A DNA stretch of 64,000 nt from Octopus bimaculoides (Eukaryota): contig NC_068985.1 in assembly GCF_001194135.2 (NCBI RefSeq), forward strand, positions 70,526,172 through 70,590,171, written 5' to 3'. Each line of letters opens with the position of its first letter. The first letter of the stretch is position 1. This document shows, in pieces, positions 12,450-28,869 of this stretch. A program made the position numbers and the translations under genes. The notes beneath the pieces are model-generated. The model was not told the DNA's origin. It was given only the letters and a program-made list of their open reading frames with translations, and made no database searches.

Positions 12450-14800
12450 ACACTCCGCATTTGTTGGATCACAAGCGTGAAAAATGGAGTCTAGAAAATT
12501 CTGCATCATCTTCAAGAAATAATTCAATAAACGAGGAAAGCAATGACAATATACATAGACTTCACTCACCCCAGTCCAGAAAATATAACAGGAAAGCTAT
12601 AAATGACATAAATGAACACACCATAAGTATTTATCTATGCTATATGTATAACTATTTGCTACATAACTATTAGCTACATTTTACCAATTTTAAAAAAATT
12701 TCTGCAACTTATACATATAATGCCTGCAAAACAAATAGTCAAAAATGTTGAATACACTTTCTAATTCACTAATTCAAATATATTCATTGTGAAAATCCAA
12801 AACATACTAGATATAAAAACAGTTAAATTAAAAGCAATTGCTTAATGAAAATACTAACAACGAAATCAGAAGAAAATTAAACAAGTGAAATAAACATATT
12901 AAAGTTAAAATCATCGTTAATCGCAACGATAGTACTAACACATGCAAATCAAATACAGTAGACATTAGAGCACAACAAAATTGACAATATTGCCAAGTAG
13001 AAATTATATAACGATTAAAATCAAAAGAATTACTTCATGTAGATCAACGAAAGATAAAAGACGAAACTTAAGATATAGCAGCATTACAAAAAAAACCCCT
13101 CAAACTCGTGATCCTATACTTAATGAAATCAGAAGCACACATCAATATCACAAAGATACAGCAAATATTGCGTTCAGCAATCACCGAATTTATGACTGCT
13201 TGAGGGTATTTCTTCAGGTTTAGCCATATGTGAATATCGACACCCAAGCAAATAATGTCAAAAACAAATCGAAACCTAAAGTCATTATATCTCAATCCTT
13301 AATAAAAACTAACAACAGAAAGACATGAATGGATAGAGACAGATAAATTCTACAGAAATTATTGCACAACGAAAAAATAAGCTCTCAAAATCAAAGGGCT
13401 TCTGAAATCATAGGTCCTTGTAAATTTGCAAGTAATTGGTCGTTATGAAAATCGACAAGGATACTTTGAACAAAATTGTTCTATTCCAAAGCAAAATGAG
13501 AAAAAAACCTAGTTTCTCAAGAACTACGTAAAAACAAACTGAAAATGATTGCAGCGCCAATCGGAAGAGGATTACAATGACTGAGGAGAAAGCATGGGCA
13601 GCAAAGACAACACAATATAAAACAGTGGCCAAAAGATTTAATGATCTGCCTTACAGAATGAGCTATAAACAACATAGGAATAAAACTCTGATGGAAAATG
13701 CATCTTAAAACCGAAGGCTAGAAATGTAGTAAACTATAATGCTACAGAAATATCACGTGCTTTCCTATAGCTTTATCTGCAATATCACAAATGATAAATG
13801 ATTACCTGAAAAACTAAAAACCTCTTTTCAAGAGGAATACAAAAGATGTTACGGAGGTTCATATGGTTGTTAAGATCAATTACTGATCAATAAAGCCATA
13901 ACTGGCGATCGTATGAGGAAAAAATTATCTGACCAGGGTGTGGATTGATTACCAAAATGATTTTGACAGTGTTTCCCCATCGTGAATACTGGAAATATTA
14001 ACCATGAATAAAGTAGCACAAATAATATGCAAATACATCAAACGTGTCATTAATAAATGGCAAACAATTCTGAAGAAACATACTAAAGATGGAATACTAA
14101 AAACGAATACCTCTCATTTACAAAGAGAATGTTCCAAAGGGAGTCCGATTCTCCGCTCTCATTGTGATTCACGTTAAGACCTTTAGCCATCGCTTTAAAA
14201 CATGCTGAACTTGAATAGAAATTTTATGGTTGGACATCAAGTTTTACGCTGCTGATGATAAATAACTGGAAACACGTTTATATGCAGTACACAGACGAAC
14301 TAGAGGAATTGATGAACAGCTCGGTTTAGAGAAATGAGTCAGTCAACGTTGAGGAGAAGTAAATGAAGGAAAAGTAATAATGCCTTGATAGATAAAGAAA
14401 ATTAGAGCAAACAGACTTACATATACTTATTTATCAGTGAGTTTAACAAAATGCAACACACAAGACTGAAATGAAAGGTTAGAATGGACAATGACGGATG
14501 CATTCGATTCACACATAAAACAAACAACTGAAACGAAAATTACGTAATAGGTATCAAAACCGTAGATGTTATTATATTAAATTATTTTTATAATAATCTC
14601 CACTCAATATTATACGGATAAACAACAATAGGTGTGTCTACACTAACCGAAAGTACTTTTGACATAGAAATACATTTCCAAAAATACGAGCAAGTAGAAG
14701 CTTTTTGCGAAAAGAATCTTCAATATAACAACGATAGGATTCGAAAATTACTGAGTTTCAAATCAAAGGCTACAAAATAAGAACATGACCCATTTCTTTC
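12450..14800 (+). mobile_element. Highly decayed R4/Dong-type non-LTR retrotransposon (outer boundaries uncertain)
   Basis: A-rich plus-strand tract around a recognisable RT core at 13741-14375; boundaries inferred from strand composition only. Confidence 0.55.
13741..14375 (+). pseudogene. Reverse transcriptase relic, R4/Dong clade
   Basis: With stops and frameshifts: YRNITCFP.., FQEEYKRCYGGSYGC*DQLLINKAI, WIDYQNDFDSV, MFQRESDSPL, DIKFYAADDK, LGLEK. These match the clade motifs NYRPITCL / EEQKGC..GS.GCKDQLLI / W.DY.KAFDSV / FQGD.LSPL / DD.KLY. Confidence 0.85.
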
Positions 14801-14817
14801 TAACAATGTCTATATTG

Positions 14818-14925
14818 GACAACATTTTCTAATGTATCTTTCCAGTGACATGTGATTTGAGTGGAATATAGCGGCTGCTATTTGTCGCAATTCGAGCGAC
14901 TGTATCGTATTTCTCGTCGGCTGTT
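14818..14925 (-). mobile_element. Repeat family C fragment
   Basis: Reverse complement aaatagcagccgctatattccactcaaatcacatg. Confidence 0.55.
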
Positions 14926-15029
14926 CTGATTACAATAGTTTTTAGTTGAAAGTGTGAAATTTAGAAATTTGCATGTTGGTAAATGTGTTGGAATGGCGTT
15001 CTAAGAGAGCTGGGTATTTAGACATTTAT

Positions 15030-19025
<3,996 letters not shown>

Positions 19026-19834
19026 ATGCATGTTCAGAGAGAAAAGGAGAGGGACAGTGATGTTATATATATTTGTCTGCGTGTATGTATGAAATAAATG
19101 ATAGAGAAGGGGAAAGAATGAATGAGAGTGTGTGAGAGAGAATTAAAAGTGAAAGGTTTTCCATGCATCCAATAGGCTTAGAATTGAAGTTGCATAAATA
19201 GAATTGTCCCAAATAATATTTCCATAGGGTTACTGGTCTCCTGCTCTATTGATCAAATGTGATACACAGCACACAAGTTATTGCATAATGTAATTATTAA
19301 GCTATGCAACAACAGGAAATGCACAAAGCTCTCTGAATGCGCAACTCTGCCTATCTCTGTGCTTGTATGGCTTGGAGAATGGGATGTATTGGAGAATTTT
19401 TCAATAAAATTAAAGTATTTTTAGAAATTAGCGAATTGTTCGTTGCTGGTGGTGAAAATAGAACAGATCCCAAGTTTACAAGAAAATATTTTCAGATCCA
19501 ATTTGGAAGAAAGCGAAACTAAATGAATTGTTCAATATTTTATGGCAGTTGTGAGTTTTTTTCCCCCAATTTTATCTTATTTTTTCCTTTCTTGGTATCA
19601 GCTGAGGTGAGATCAGCTATTCATTCATTTTTTTTTTCTAACATGCTTATTGCCTGGTAAATTATCTTGCATTGCCTAAAAATGCTACGGCGAAATAGGT
19701 ATGTGGCTTATTTCTAATCCTTGAAACTTCCAAAAGTAATATTAATAAAGATCAAACACATCATATTGAATATCGCATTAATATCCTAGAATTCTAGTAG
19801 AAGTGCTAACGAAAAACCGCTTCGAAGTCGTTAG

Positions 19835-20000
19835 ATCTCCCTGAACTAGCAGCTAAATTTCCTACAAATAAAAGCCGACTACTGTCTTATGCCTTTAAAA
19901 AATCACCACATTGGATAATGTAGCCCTAGATACACTATATCGGGAAACAAATTATATTGGTGTTCATGAGTGGAATACCTTTGATGTGACTGACCACTAA
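19835..20000 (+). mobile_element. Repeat family C copy
   Basis: gaactagcagctaaatttcctacaaat...cattggataatgtagccctagatacacta...tcatgagtggaatacctttga is colinear with the 24.2, 45.1 and 47.8 kb copies. Confidence 0.7.
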
Positions 20001-22189
20001 TTTCTCATTTGTTTAACAGCATATGTGCTAGAAATAGCATTTCAGTCTTCGTCTTCTCTGATATGGAACTAAGCAATCTCTTCATCATTATCATCATCAT
20101 CATGAACATGGTTACAATAATCAGCAACAACACCATATTTGAGCCAATAACCATCGAATTTACCATTTTTAATTAGATAAGTTGTTTAAATTAGGCCCCT
20201 GCTGAAACTGAGTCACATCAGCTATGAGCTTGTCATACAGTTGCTTTCGGCCCCAATTCTTGCCACATAGAACTCGCAAGTTCATCATGTGCCCAAATTC
20301 CATTCCAGTCCAAACAATGGATTTCTTCACGTGATAGTCTGGCGGCATGACTAGAACATTCTGCGGATAGAGCCTACAAATACAGCTCACTTGGTTACGA
20401 AAAGTTCAGAGTGATCCGTTCCTTGGTAGAGTTTACTCTCACCACATAGCTGTTTTGTGCGGCTACATATTCAGCCTGGCGCGATAGATGAAGGAACACC
20501 TTTGTAACACGGAAACGAGAATATATATCCATGTGTAAAACTTAGCTTTAACGTTGAATTTCTGACGAAGATTTCCTGCGCGTAATTTCAGTTGAATTGT
20601 TCTCTTTATGCATTTCATGAACGCTTTCTGTATTAGTGTTATAACAAATATGTTCATATACATAAAGCAAGCCTACTTCCTGACTAAGCTACAAGAGCAG
20701 GATGTTTCTTAAGTACTAATCTTCAAGTCACAATATTCCCAACTTCTTAGTCTTGACGTTCTACCTTTACATTACAATAGCAGTTGTACAATACAGTATC
20801 CCTCATAAAACTCTTTAGGATATTACATGAGGTTACTTTTGTCTCCTTTTTGCCAATCAATAAGATACATACAGAAAGAGGATAAATGTAACTTGATTGT
20901 TTCTTCTTTGTGATTTTAGTGACATGTTAATAAATGCTTGCTTCTGTGATTTACACGGTAGTAAAGCATTTTCTACTGTAAGGCATTTGGTAGTTTAATA
21001 TATTGTTCACTTATAAATTAAATTTACAGGTTCCTTGTTATGATCAGTGAACAATCGAACGATCAATTCTCTATGCAAATGCTCAACCTACTAAAAGTTG
21101 TCTATAAAACCCTCTCGGCCAACACTTCCCATGTTTTTTTAATGAAAGTTGAATGGATAATATAATCCTATAAAACATTCTGAGGTATAGATCTTCTGTA
21201 TTGTAGCGCATATGCTACCAAAGCATAAATGTGTTCTCATAGCTTATAAATAACGAAAAGTGTTTATAGACACAATTTCTGATGTGTTTGAAATCGGGGA
21301 TGATCATACAATTTGTATTATTTAAATATGAGTTTATTTTTCAATATATTTACACGGCGATACATTTTTTCTGATTGTCGTACTAATGGCTAGAAATGTC
21401 GAATGCTAGACTTACTTTGAGAAAACCTATTTCTGGAAACATTCTAATGCGATTCCTCTGCTTGGTCGTCCGAATACTGAAATTAGCTAACTCTTTACAT
21501 TTATCATTATTACTGCAATTAAATATAATGAGGTCGTTTTTGTTGTCTAAAACATTGGGAAAAATAGAAACAGTCTTCTTTCTACATAGAGAAATTGGGG
21601 GTTAGCCTCCAGTTACACAAGATTACAACAATTCAGCTTCAAATTCTATTTGAACAATTTTCATATCCATTATAATATTAATCATAGTGGAAAAGTGATG
21701 AACGATGCAACATCATATTTTTCTTATTTCATTATAGGAAATCTTGTACATAGTGAAATATAAAGCAGTATTCCTGTATGTATTCAGCTGAGCTGTTTCA
21801 CGAAAGAATCAAGACTTTTTCTGAACCTGTTTAACAAACCGTAAATTATTTAAGACTATTAATTCGTGTTTTTACCAAAACATTAACCTGCGGTCGATCG
21901 TTCTATTGTTGTAGTTAATTCAAAAATTTTACTTTTTCATATATATTTTTTCTGTTTAGAAACGAATCAAGTAAACTGAACACTGACTTCCTTGTTGATT
22001 TTCAATCTGAGCAAACTTACCATGGAATCAACCATGGCTCATTGACAGTTTTCTTGTTGTTGACGTTGATGATTTTGTTGTTATTTATACAAAACTTCTT
22101 AGTAAATAGGACAAAAATAGAAATTGATTTTTAAGATTGTTGCTTTTATTATTATCATGGATTCACACAAACGATCAAAATACCGTTTT

Positions 22190-22330
22190 TAGTGCTATCG
22201 CCTTACGATCGGAGTTCAAATCTGATATACCCTATCTTTGTCTTCATGTAACCGACACAATAAGGTTTTAGTCAATTACTAATTCATTAAACCACTATAT
22301 TTCTACCCAACAATGTTTTGCATTTTATCT
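22190..22330 (+). mobile_element. Very degenerate SINE family B fragment
   Basis: ccttacgatcggagttcaaatc B-box-like segment followed by a weak module match. Confidence 0.3.
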
Positions 22331-24139
22331 AGGCTTGAAACGGATATATACCTTCATACTTCTAGTATAGATATCATCGGCTTTTTCTCTACCATAAAAT
22401 ATGTGGTTTTGCATCTCATAGATATTAAATGTAATTAATCTAAGTATTATTACTTACAGATTAACCGTTAGACCGGATAAATTTGGTTGTAAACGCTATT
22501 CTGAGACCTTTAATTATTTATTTATTGGAAAGCCTCAACTGTTGATTAATTTTCACGTCATATTACACCGAAGTCTTTCACGGATATACAGTTTCTTTCG
22601 GCAAGAGGAAAACCTGGTTTCCTGTTGCTAAAACGAGTGAGATAACAAAATCACCCACTGAAATACATACCAATCGCCACATTGTTAATCTCGTCAGCTT
22701 TCGTTGGTATTTATTTTCAGCTAAGTGAATTGTGACAATGAAAACGAAAAGAATGAGCCACCTTATCCATGACTCTGACCCACAGCATACTTTCATCCGT
22801 TTTAAATATTTTGGCGCAATGTCCATCATCTCTATCTCTTCGAAATGAGATTTAATATGTAGGTTGTTAGTCCAGGATAGTCTACTCCGTTCATCAAAGT
22901 TACCGCCATTTTTAAGCCTTCTGTGAATACAGCCATATGAGACTCTTCTGCTGGTACGTATGCATCTTCCGATAACCTGTTGTATGCATGCATCTCCTGA
23001 TGACCTGCTGTAATAGAGTGGTGCAAATTTTCTAGTTGTATATCATAAGTTATCAGCCGGAGTAAGTCCTGAGAAGCTCCTTTTCAATACTCATGATGTT
23101 ATCAGTCTCACGTATGCGAACTTGATCCATGACAGACATTTTGTCGTTCGTAGATGTTTACGAAAGAAATATGATGCGACATTCAAAGGGTGACTTGATT
23201 GATATTAAGCCTATATCGCTTTGTTTTAAGCAAAGGTGGTCTACATGATTGTTCATGTGGAAATTTCTAGCATAGATAAATAATTTTTTCGTGTTTTAAC
23301 ATCAAAAGCCAGAAACTCATCTGGCGGCCAAATGAGCAGCCCAAATGATGGCATTAGAACTAGTACAGAAAATAAATCAATACTAAGTCCATATTTTCTT
23401 TATCCTGATTTTATGTTCCCTGGTTACGCGTTCTTTGTTACAGATTCCATAAATGTTTGAATGTGATGTGTATGTATGCATGTATGTATTATATATGTAT
23501 GTATGATGTTTCTTTAAGTTCACTAACAAAGCGACAAGGCTTTTTGAGTTAAGAGAATTCACGGTGTTTTAAAATATGTGGTATATATGTATGTATATAT
23601 GTATGTACTATGTATGCATGTATGTATGTATGTATGTATGTATATATGCATGCATGCATGCATTCACGCGTGGATGTATGTATACGCTTTTGTGGGAAAA
23701 TATTCCTAAGAAATTGAAAAACAGAACGTTACCAAATACGTTAGAAACAATTAGTGTCTTTGTTGGGTTTTAAAATATACCGGGGAAATTTTTAAATAGC
23801 CAGATAAGTATGTCATGTGAAAAAAGAAACATATTAATCACCGTATCATAGTTAATGTTTTGGCAATCTTTTAGACGTCTCCAGAAAAGTTTTGGATTAC
23901 TCTGACTTAAACAAAAAAAAAGATAAAGCCATCAGCTGTATTTTCTGAAGTCATTATGAAAATATCACAGAGCGAATTCAAGATTTACACTAGACAGAGA
24001 AGAAGTATCTAAGTTATCGTTCAGTCTGGCTGTCAAATTCTCCAGCATTCAACACTACTTTTGGGTAATTGTAGTCCTAGTTTCCTTATACCCGGGAAGA
24101 AGAAATTATAGTCCCATGAAATTTAGCGCTAATCATCAG

Positions 24140-24368
24140 TTACTAAACTGAGGGAGCCTCTCAGCTGCCACATGCATTGCTAATGATAGGAGCCAAATTT
24201 CCCTCGACTCATAGATTTCTTTAAAAAAAAATGTAAGGACGCCATAAAAGAATCCGAGAAACACCATATCTGATAAAAAAAAATTATTGGATTTTCATAG
24301 CTGGAATGCATTTGATCACAGGTCATCTTCAACCATGGCTGACTTAGTGCTAAATACCAATAACAAGA
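24140..24368 (+). mobile_element. Repeat family C copy
   Basis: gagggagcctct...gctaatgataggagccaaatttccctc...tcatagctggaatgcatttgatcacagg...gctgacttagtgctaaataccaataac. Confidence 0.7.
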
Positions 24369-24792
24369 GGATTGTACAAATATTAACTTAAATGAAGTTA
24401 ATTTTCTTGATTATAATTCATGAATATTCTTACTACTTTTTTTAAACCTCATTGTTATTTTTAGCTTTGAATTTTATTTTATAGTTCATATCCACACGAT
24501 TTTCCTTATACCTTGTACTTCGAGCTATCGATTTATATCTCATTCAAAGTTTTCTCTTTTCTTTAGCAAATTCGCAAAACTCACATCACATCTCTTCTTC
24601 CTTACACTGTCAAAAATAATTCCATTTATTACTTTTTCTTCTATTCTCTCTCTTTTCTTTAACCTGATTCAAACTCTTCTCCCACCTTCTTTCTGGCATT
24701 CAATTCTATCCTTTTTGTTCACACACATACATTCTTCCTCCACGTATATGTCTGCGTACATCTATGCTTGTATTTAGGTATATGAATATGTG

Positions 24793-24827
<35 letters not shown>

Positions 24828-25744
24828 ATACATACATATATATATATATACATACACACACAAATATATGCGTACATATATATACAGATTGATGTATAAG
24901 TACATACATACATACACACATACATACATACATACATACAGAAGTGAATGTAATTTCACTCCAAAGAGTGTTTATGCCAAGGCTTCGAAGATTGATTGGT
25001 ATTTTATGCGGTGTAATTTCATACAATGTTGTGTTTAAAAAAAGAGCAAAGTGTCGTTTTAATTCATGGATTAACACTATAGCTGTGATAGATCGGTTTC
25101 GCAATATAGATAATAAGTGTAACACTGCTAAATATCTCCAGTTTTACATAAATAATCACTATACTGCTATTACTCGAAGTCTATTAGAGAAAATCATATT
25201 AGAACTATAGCCAAAAAAAGATTTTGAAATTGGAGTTAGATTGCAAACTAGAAAAACAGGTATTCGGCCAGTCACTAGGGATAAGAAACTAATCTAGATC
25301 GTCTTGTGAAATGAGAATGAAAGCGAGTGTCTCGGCTACAGTTATTGATCTAATTGCGTTATATATATACTCTATAAATTAAGCGAAAAATTTTCCATTG
25401 ATTCAGGTAGATTTATATGGAGACGATGGATTACTTATACACAATAATTGTATACCGTGTACTAGTCATAGGATTAGAAAGAAACCCATCACTTTTTCAA
25501 TAGATTAGGCTTAGCTATCACCACAGAAGTAAGCAGCTATACGATGCTGCTCTGAATTTGAATGATGGTCTCTCTTTCCCGTATATATATAGCATACAGA
25601 GTCATTAACCTAATTGATAAATTATCTATAAAAAAAAAGTTATCTTTATCTTTTACCATTTATCTTTTATTTGTTTCAGTAATTAAATTTCAGCAAAGTC
25701 GGAGAACCGTTTTGAAGAGTTTTTAGTGGCATGAATCATTGCTA

Positions 25745-25880
25745 GTACTTATTTTTGTTAAGCCTTGTATTCATTCTATGTTTCTCCTTGCCGAACCGTT
25801 AGGTTACAGGGATGTAAACACACCAACACCTGTTTTAATGCGGTGGTGGGGGACAAACACAGGCACAAAGACACACGCGT
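25745..25880 (-). mobile_element. SINE family A, middle/3' fragment
   Basis: ttgccgaaccgttaggttacagggatgtaaacacaccaacacc...gcggtggtgggggacaaacac is the reverse complement of the family A body. Confidence 0.8.
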
Positions 25881-25999
25881 ATAGATACATACATACATAC
25901 AGATAGATAGAAAAATAGATAGATATAAATATAGGTATATATATGCATATATACATACATATATGTATATACTTATATATACATGTATATACATATGCA

Positions 26000-26630
26000 T
26001 ATATGGATACAGGACGTCATAAAAGGTAAAGAACATCAAATATGAAATACAAAAACATGGAATACGAACTTTTTTTCCGAACAACGAAAGAAACAAATGG
26101 AAAACAAGACAATTAACATAAAGAACGACCCTTCGTCAGTGTCGCCTGTTTATCTACTCCACATTTCGAGCAATTACAACAAGATGTGTCTACGAGAAAA
26201 CAGTTGATCCCGCAAAGCAAAACATAATTTGGGATTTGCAAAGGGTCAAAGTTCGTAACAAAATAAGGACAGGGAAAACAAACAGTAAGGAATACTAAGC
26301 TATAACGAGGTGAGGTGGTGAACGCTGGAGGAACATGCTTTGACAGGAGAAAAGATAGGAGAGGAGACAGACAAGAATGTGTGTGATCTATGTTGCTGAA
26401 CAAAAGGAAAGAATGAAGCTCAAGTTAGGAAAAGAAAGATGGCCGATGGACACGTGTGAGCAACGAGAGAGTAAAGGAGGAAGAGTGAGAAAGAGAGAGG
26501 GAAAATAAAGAACAGTGAAGAAGAGAGGGAAATAATTAGAGAAAGGATGAGAGAGCCTTTCTCTGATTATTTTTCTCTTATTTATATTATTATACGATTG
26601 AACGCCATGCATCCATTTCCAAGTAGGTTT
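26000..26630 (-). mobile_element. Probable Penelope-like terminal (pseudo-LTR) fragment
   Basis: The minus strand is CT-rich then T-rich like the 30.9-31.6 kb PLE end and carries ctgacgaaggg. No ORF evidence; partly recognised from memory of octopus repeats. Confidence 0.4.
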
Positions 26631-26843
26631 ATATANNNNNNNNNNNNNNNNNNNNNNNNNNNNNNNNNNNNNNNNNNNNNNNNNNNNNNNNNNNNNNNNN
26701 NNNNNNNNNNNNNNNNNNNNNNNNNNNNNNNNNNNNNNNNNNNNNNNNNNNNNNNNNNNNNNNNNNNNNNNNNNNNNNNNNNNNNNNNNNNNNNNNNNNN
26801 NNNNNNNNNNNNNNNNNNNNNNNNNNNNNNNNNNNNNNNNNNN

Positions 26844-27058
26844 CAAAACAAAAACACAGAGAGAAGAAAAAATGCAAACAAATTTTGGGACGTGGCACCA
26901 CCAATGTATTAATAAGACGTTCAGAGAAAGAAAAGAGTAGAAGTTTTATGTTTCGAGTATGGCTCCTCTTCAGGAACAGAAAGAAACAGGAAAGTCCAAG
27001 ACGAAAGATAAAGAGAAACCGCGAGCAATTACGTGCAATTACATTTTTGAAGTGACCG
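26844..27058 (-). mobile_element. Penelope-like terminal fragment with hammerhead motif
   Basis: Contains CTGAAGA-G-GAG.CCATA.CTC-GAAAC on the minus strand, followed by the T-rich tail seen in the other PLE ends here. Confidence 0.55.
26943..26977 (-). ncRNA. Minimal type I hammerhead ribozyme-like motif (canonical CUGAAGA core, weak stem I)
   Basis: Minus strand GTTC-CTGAAGA-G-GAG-CCATA-CTC-GAAA-CATA-AAAC. Confidence 0.55.
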
Positions 27059-27059
27059 G

Positions 27060-27090
<31 letters not shown>

Positions 27091-27091
<1 letters not shown>

Positions 27092-27250
27092 GGGGAGAAT
27101 TTACAAAAAAACAAAAGACGAAGACGCGTGTGTAAACAACAAACAGATGTATTAGGTTAACGCTCGAGAAGTGAGAAAGTCTTTTACGTTTCGATCCTAC
27201 GTTCTTTGACAGAGAAGAATACAGAAAAAAAACAGGGAGAGAAAATAGAA
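27091..27250 (-). mobile_element. Penelope-like terminal fragment, same family as 30901-31665
   Basis: About 150 bp closely similar to 30905-31055 (caaaagac..gtgtaaac.acaaacagatgtattag..taacgctcg.gaagtgagaaagtcttttacgtttcga). Confidence 0.8.
27180..27218 (-). ncRNA. Decayed hammerhead-like motif (CTGTCAA variant)
   Basis: Minus strand CTGTCAA-A-GAAC-GTAG-GATC-GAAA-CGTA-AAAGA; paralog of 30990-31025. Confidence 0.45.
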
Positions 27251-27354
27251 TATATACACTGAATATGAGATTATACAGATTTATTTACCGTGAATTTGAA
27301 CTCATCCGTAAACTGAACACCAGTCCATCGATAAGTTACTCTGCATCCATTGCA

Positions 27355-27478
27355 CCTGAGGGGACAAGGACACATGGAATGAAGTGTTCTGCTTAAAGAT
27401 ACAATACCTCTCCTGTTTCCAGAAACCTTTGTGATCATATGGTCAAAACTTTAACCACTAGGACACGTATTTTCACTT
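27355..27478 (-). mobile_element. SINE family D 5' fragment (tRNA-like head)
   Basis: tgaagtgttctgcttaaagatacaa...taaccactaggacacgtattttcac parallels tgaagtgttttgctcaaaaacgcaa...taaccattgcgtcacatactttc at 53980-54085. Confidence 0.6.
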
Positions 27479-28529
27479 GACCAATATATACCATATTTTT
27501 AAACTCGCATATACGCATATCAATCAGCAGAAAGCCTACGCAGACACATACGTACATATATATATATATATATATACACATACATAACCTAATCTATGTA
27601 CATATATACGGATTGGGTGTATGTTTCAAAATAAAGAGTTCTATATTCTTTCACATCCTAAAAGAGGTAGGATTAATAAAAAATATGGGCCGAAAGATAT
27701 GTTAGTATAATCTTCTTCATAATTCAGGAGTCAATACCGATAACCCGTTCAGTAAGATACTTCATCAGCTTAACAAGCTTTTTAGTTCTAACTATAAATA
27801 CCGCAAAAATGTTCATACACTAAAACAGTATGCAACCCTACTTAAACGAATATTGCATAAAAATTACATTCTTATGACTCCGATAAATTAAATTAACTTC
27901 CTGTTGATAACGGTAATTGTATTAACTCTTGTAAATATTTTCTAACTGGAAAGGCTTAGCTAAAGAAAAACTTTTAATAAAAACAACATCTTGTAAAGTA
28001 GACCTTCGTTTAGCCACTAATGAATCGAAAAACAGATTGCTTTAAATAATCATTATCTTACGGAACCTCGAAAATTTCTCAATGCTTTATCTGTGATTTT
28101 AGAAGCTTAACTACACAACCTCCCTAATAGGAACTGAAATGGAGTAATTTAGTTAAGGTAGAAAGTTATACTGGAAACAAAAAGGCAAGTGACTTAATTA
28201 CCGCTGAGGCAATTGACATTTGGGTTGGGGACAAAACTCGAAAGCCTGCCAAAACAATAATTTAGAGATTATTACGTATTGTGTGCATAGGATGCATAAA
28301 AGTTGCTTAAATTATAAAGCATAGTTGTACCCAGATGATCAATATCATTACGGGCGTCATACTAATTATATATTTTAAATTAAAACGCTCCCAATCAATT
28401 TCCCTCAGCATATCAAACAATAAATATTTTGTATTATAACTTGATTATATGTACACTAAATATTTAATTTTGTAATTTTACAAATACTTATTAACGCCTG
28501 GTCGTTTAATAGATGTAATAATCATTTCG

Positions 28530-28735
28530 AAAATATGCACAATATCTGAAATTTGGGGGAAAGAAGCTAGTCGATTACATCAACCCCACCGCTCAAATGT
28601 TCCTTATGCTATCGACCCCGAAAGGATAAAAGGCAAACCTCATCTTGGCAGAACTGGAACTTAGAACGAAAAGCTGCAAAAAATACCGGTAAGCATTTTA
28701 TTCGATGGGCTAATGATTGTGCCACCTTCCAACTC
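28530..28735 (-). mobile_element. SINE family B copy
   Basis: agtcgattacatcaacccca...tatcgaccccgaaaggataaaaggcaaa...cttagaacg...gctaatgattgtgcca. Confidence 0.85.
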
Positions 28736-28869
28736 GGCGCCTATTTTAGTAAATGTGTGTGTGTGTGTGTGTATGCAGCCTTACTGTATATGTGTATAAA
28801 CAGTGTGCCAAATTTCTTTATATTTGTATAAACATGTATCACTATAAAAGCGAAAATATTTTTGTGGTG

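Noticed and set aside
24944-25210. 88-aa ORF, and similarly 29427-29726 (99 aa) and 49850-50074 (74 aa)
   Set aside because: No recognisable domain, start context or supporting signals
26128-26172. Minus-strand GCTCGAAAT...CTGACGAAGGG as a permuted hammerhead
   Set aside because: Both core halves are present but I could not build stems I and III in any topology
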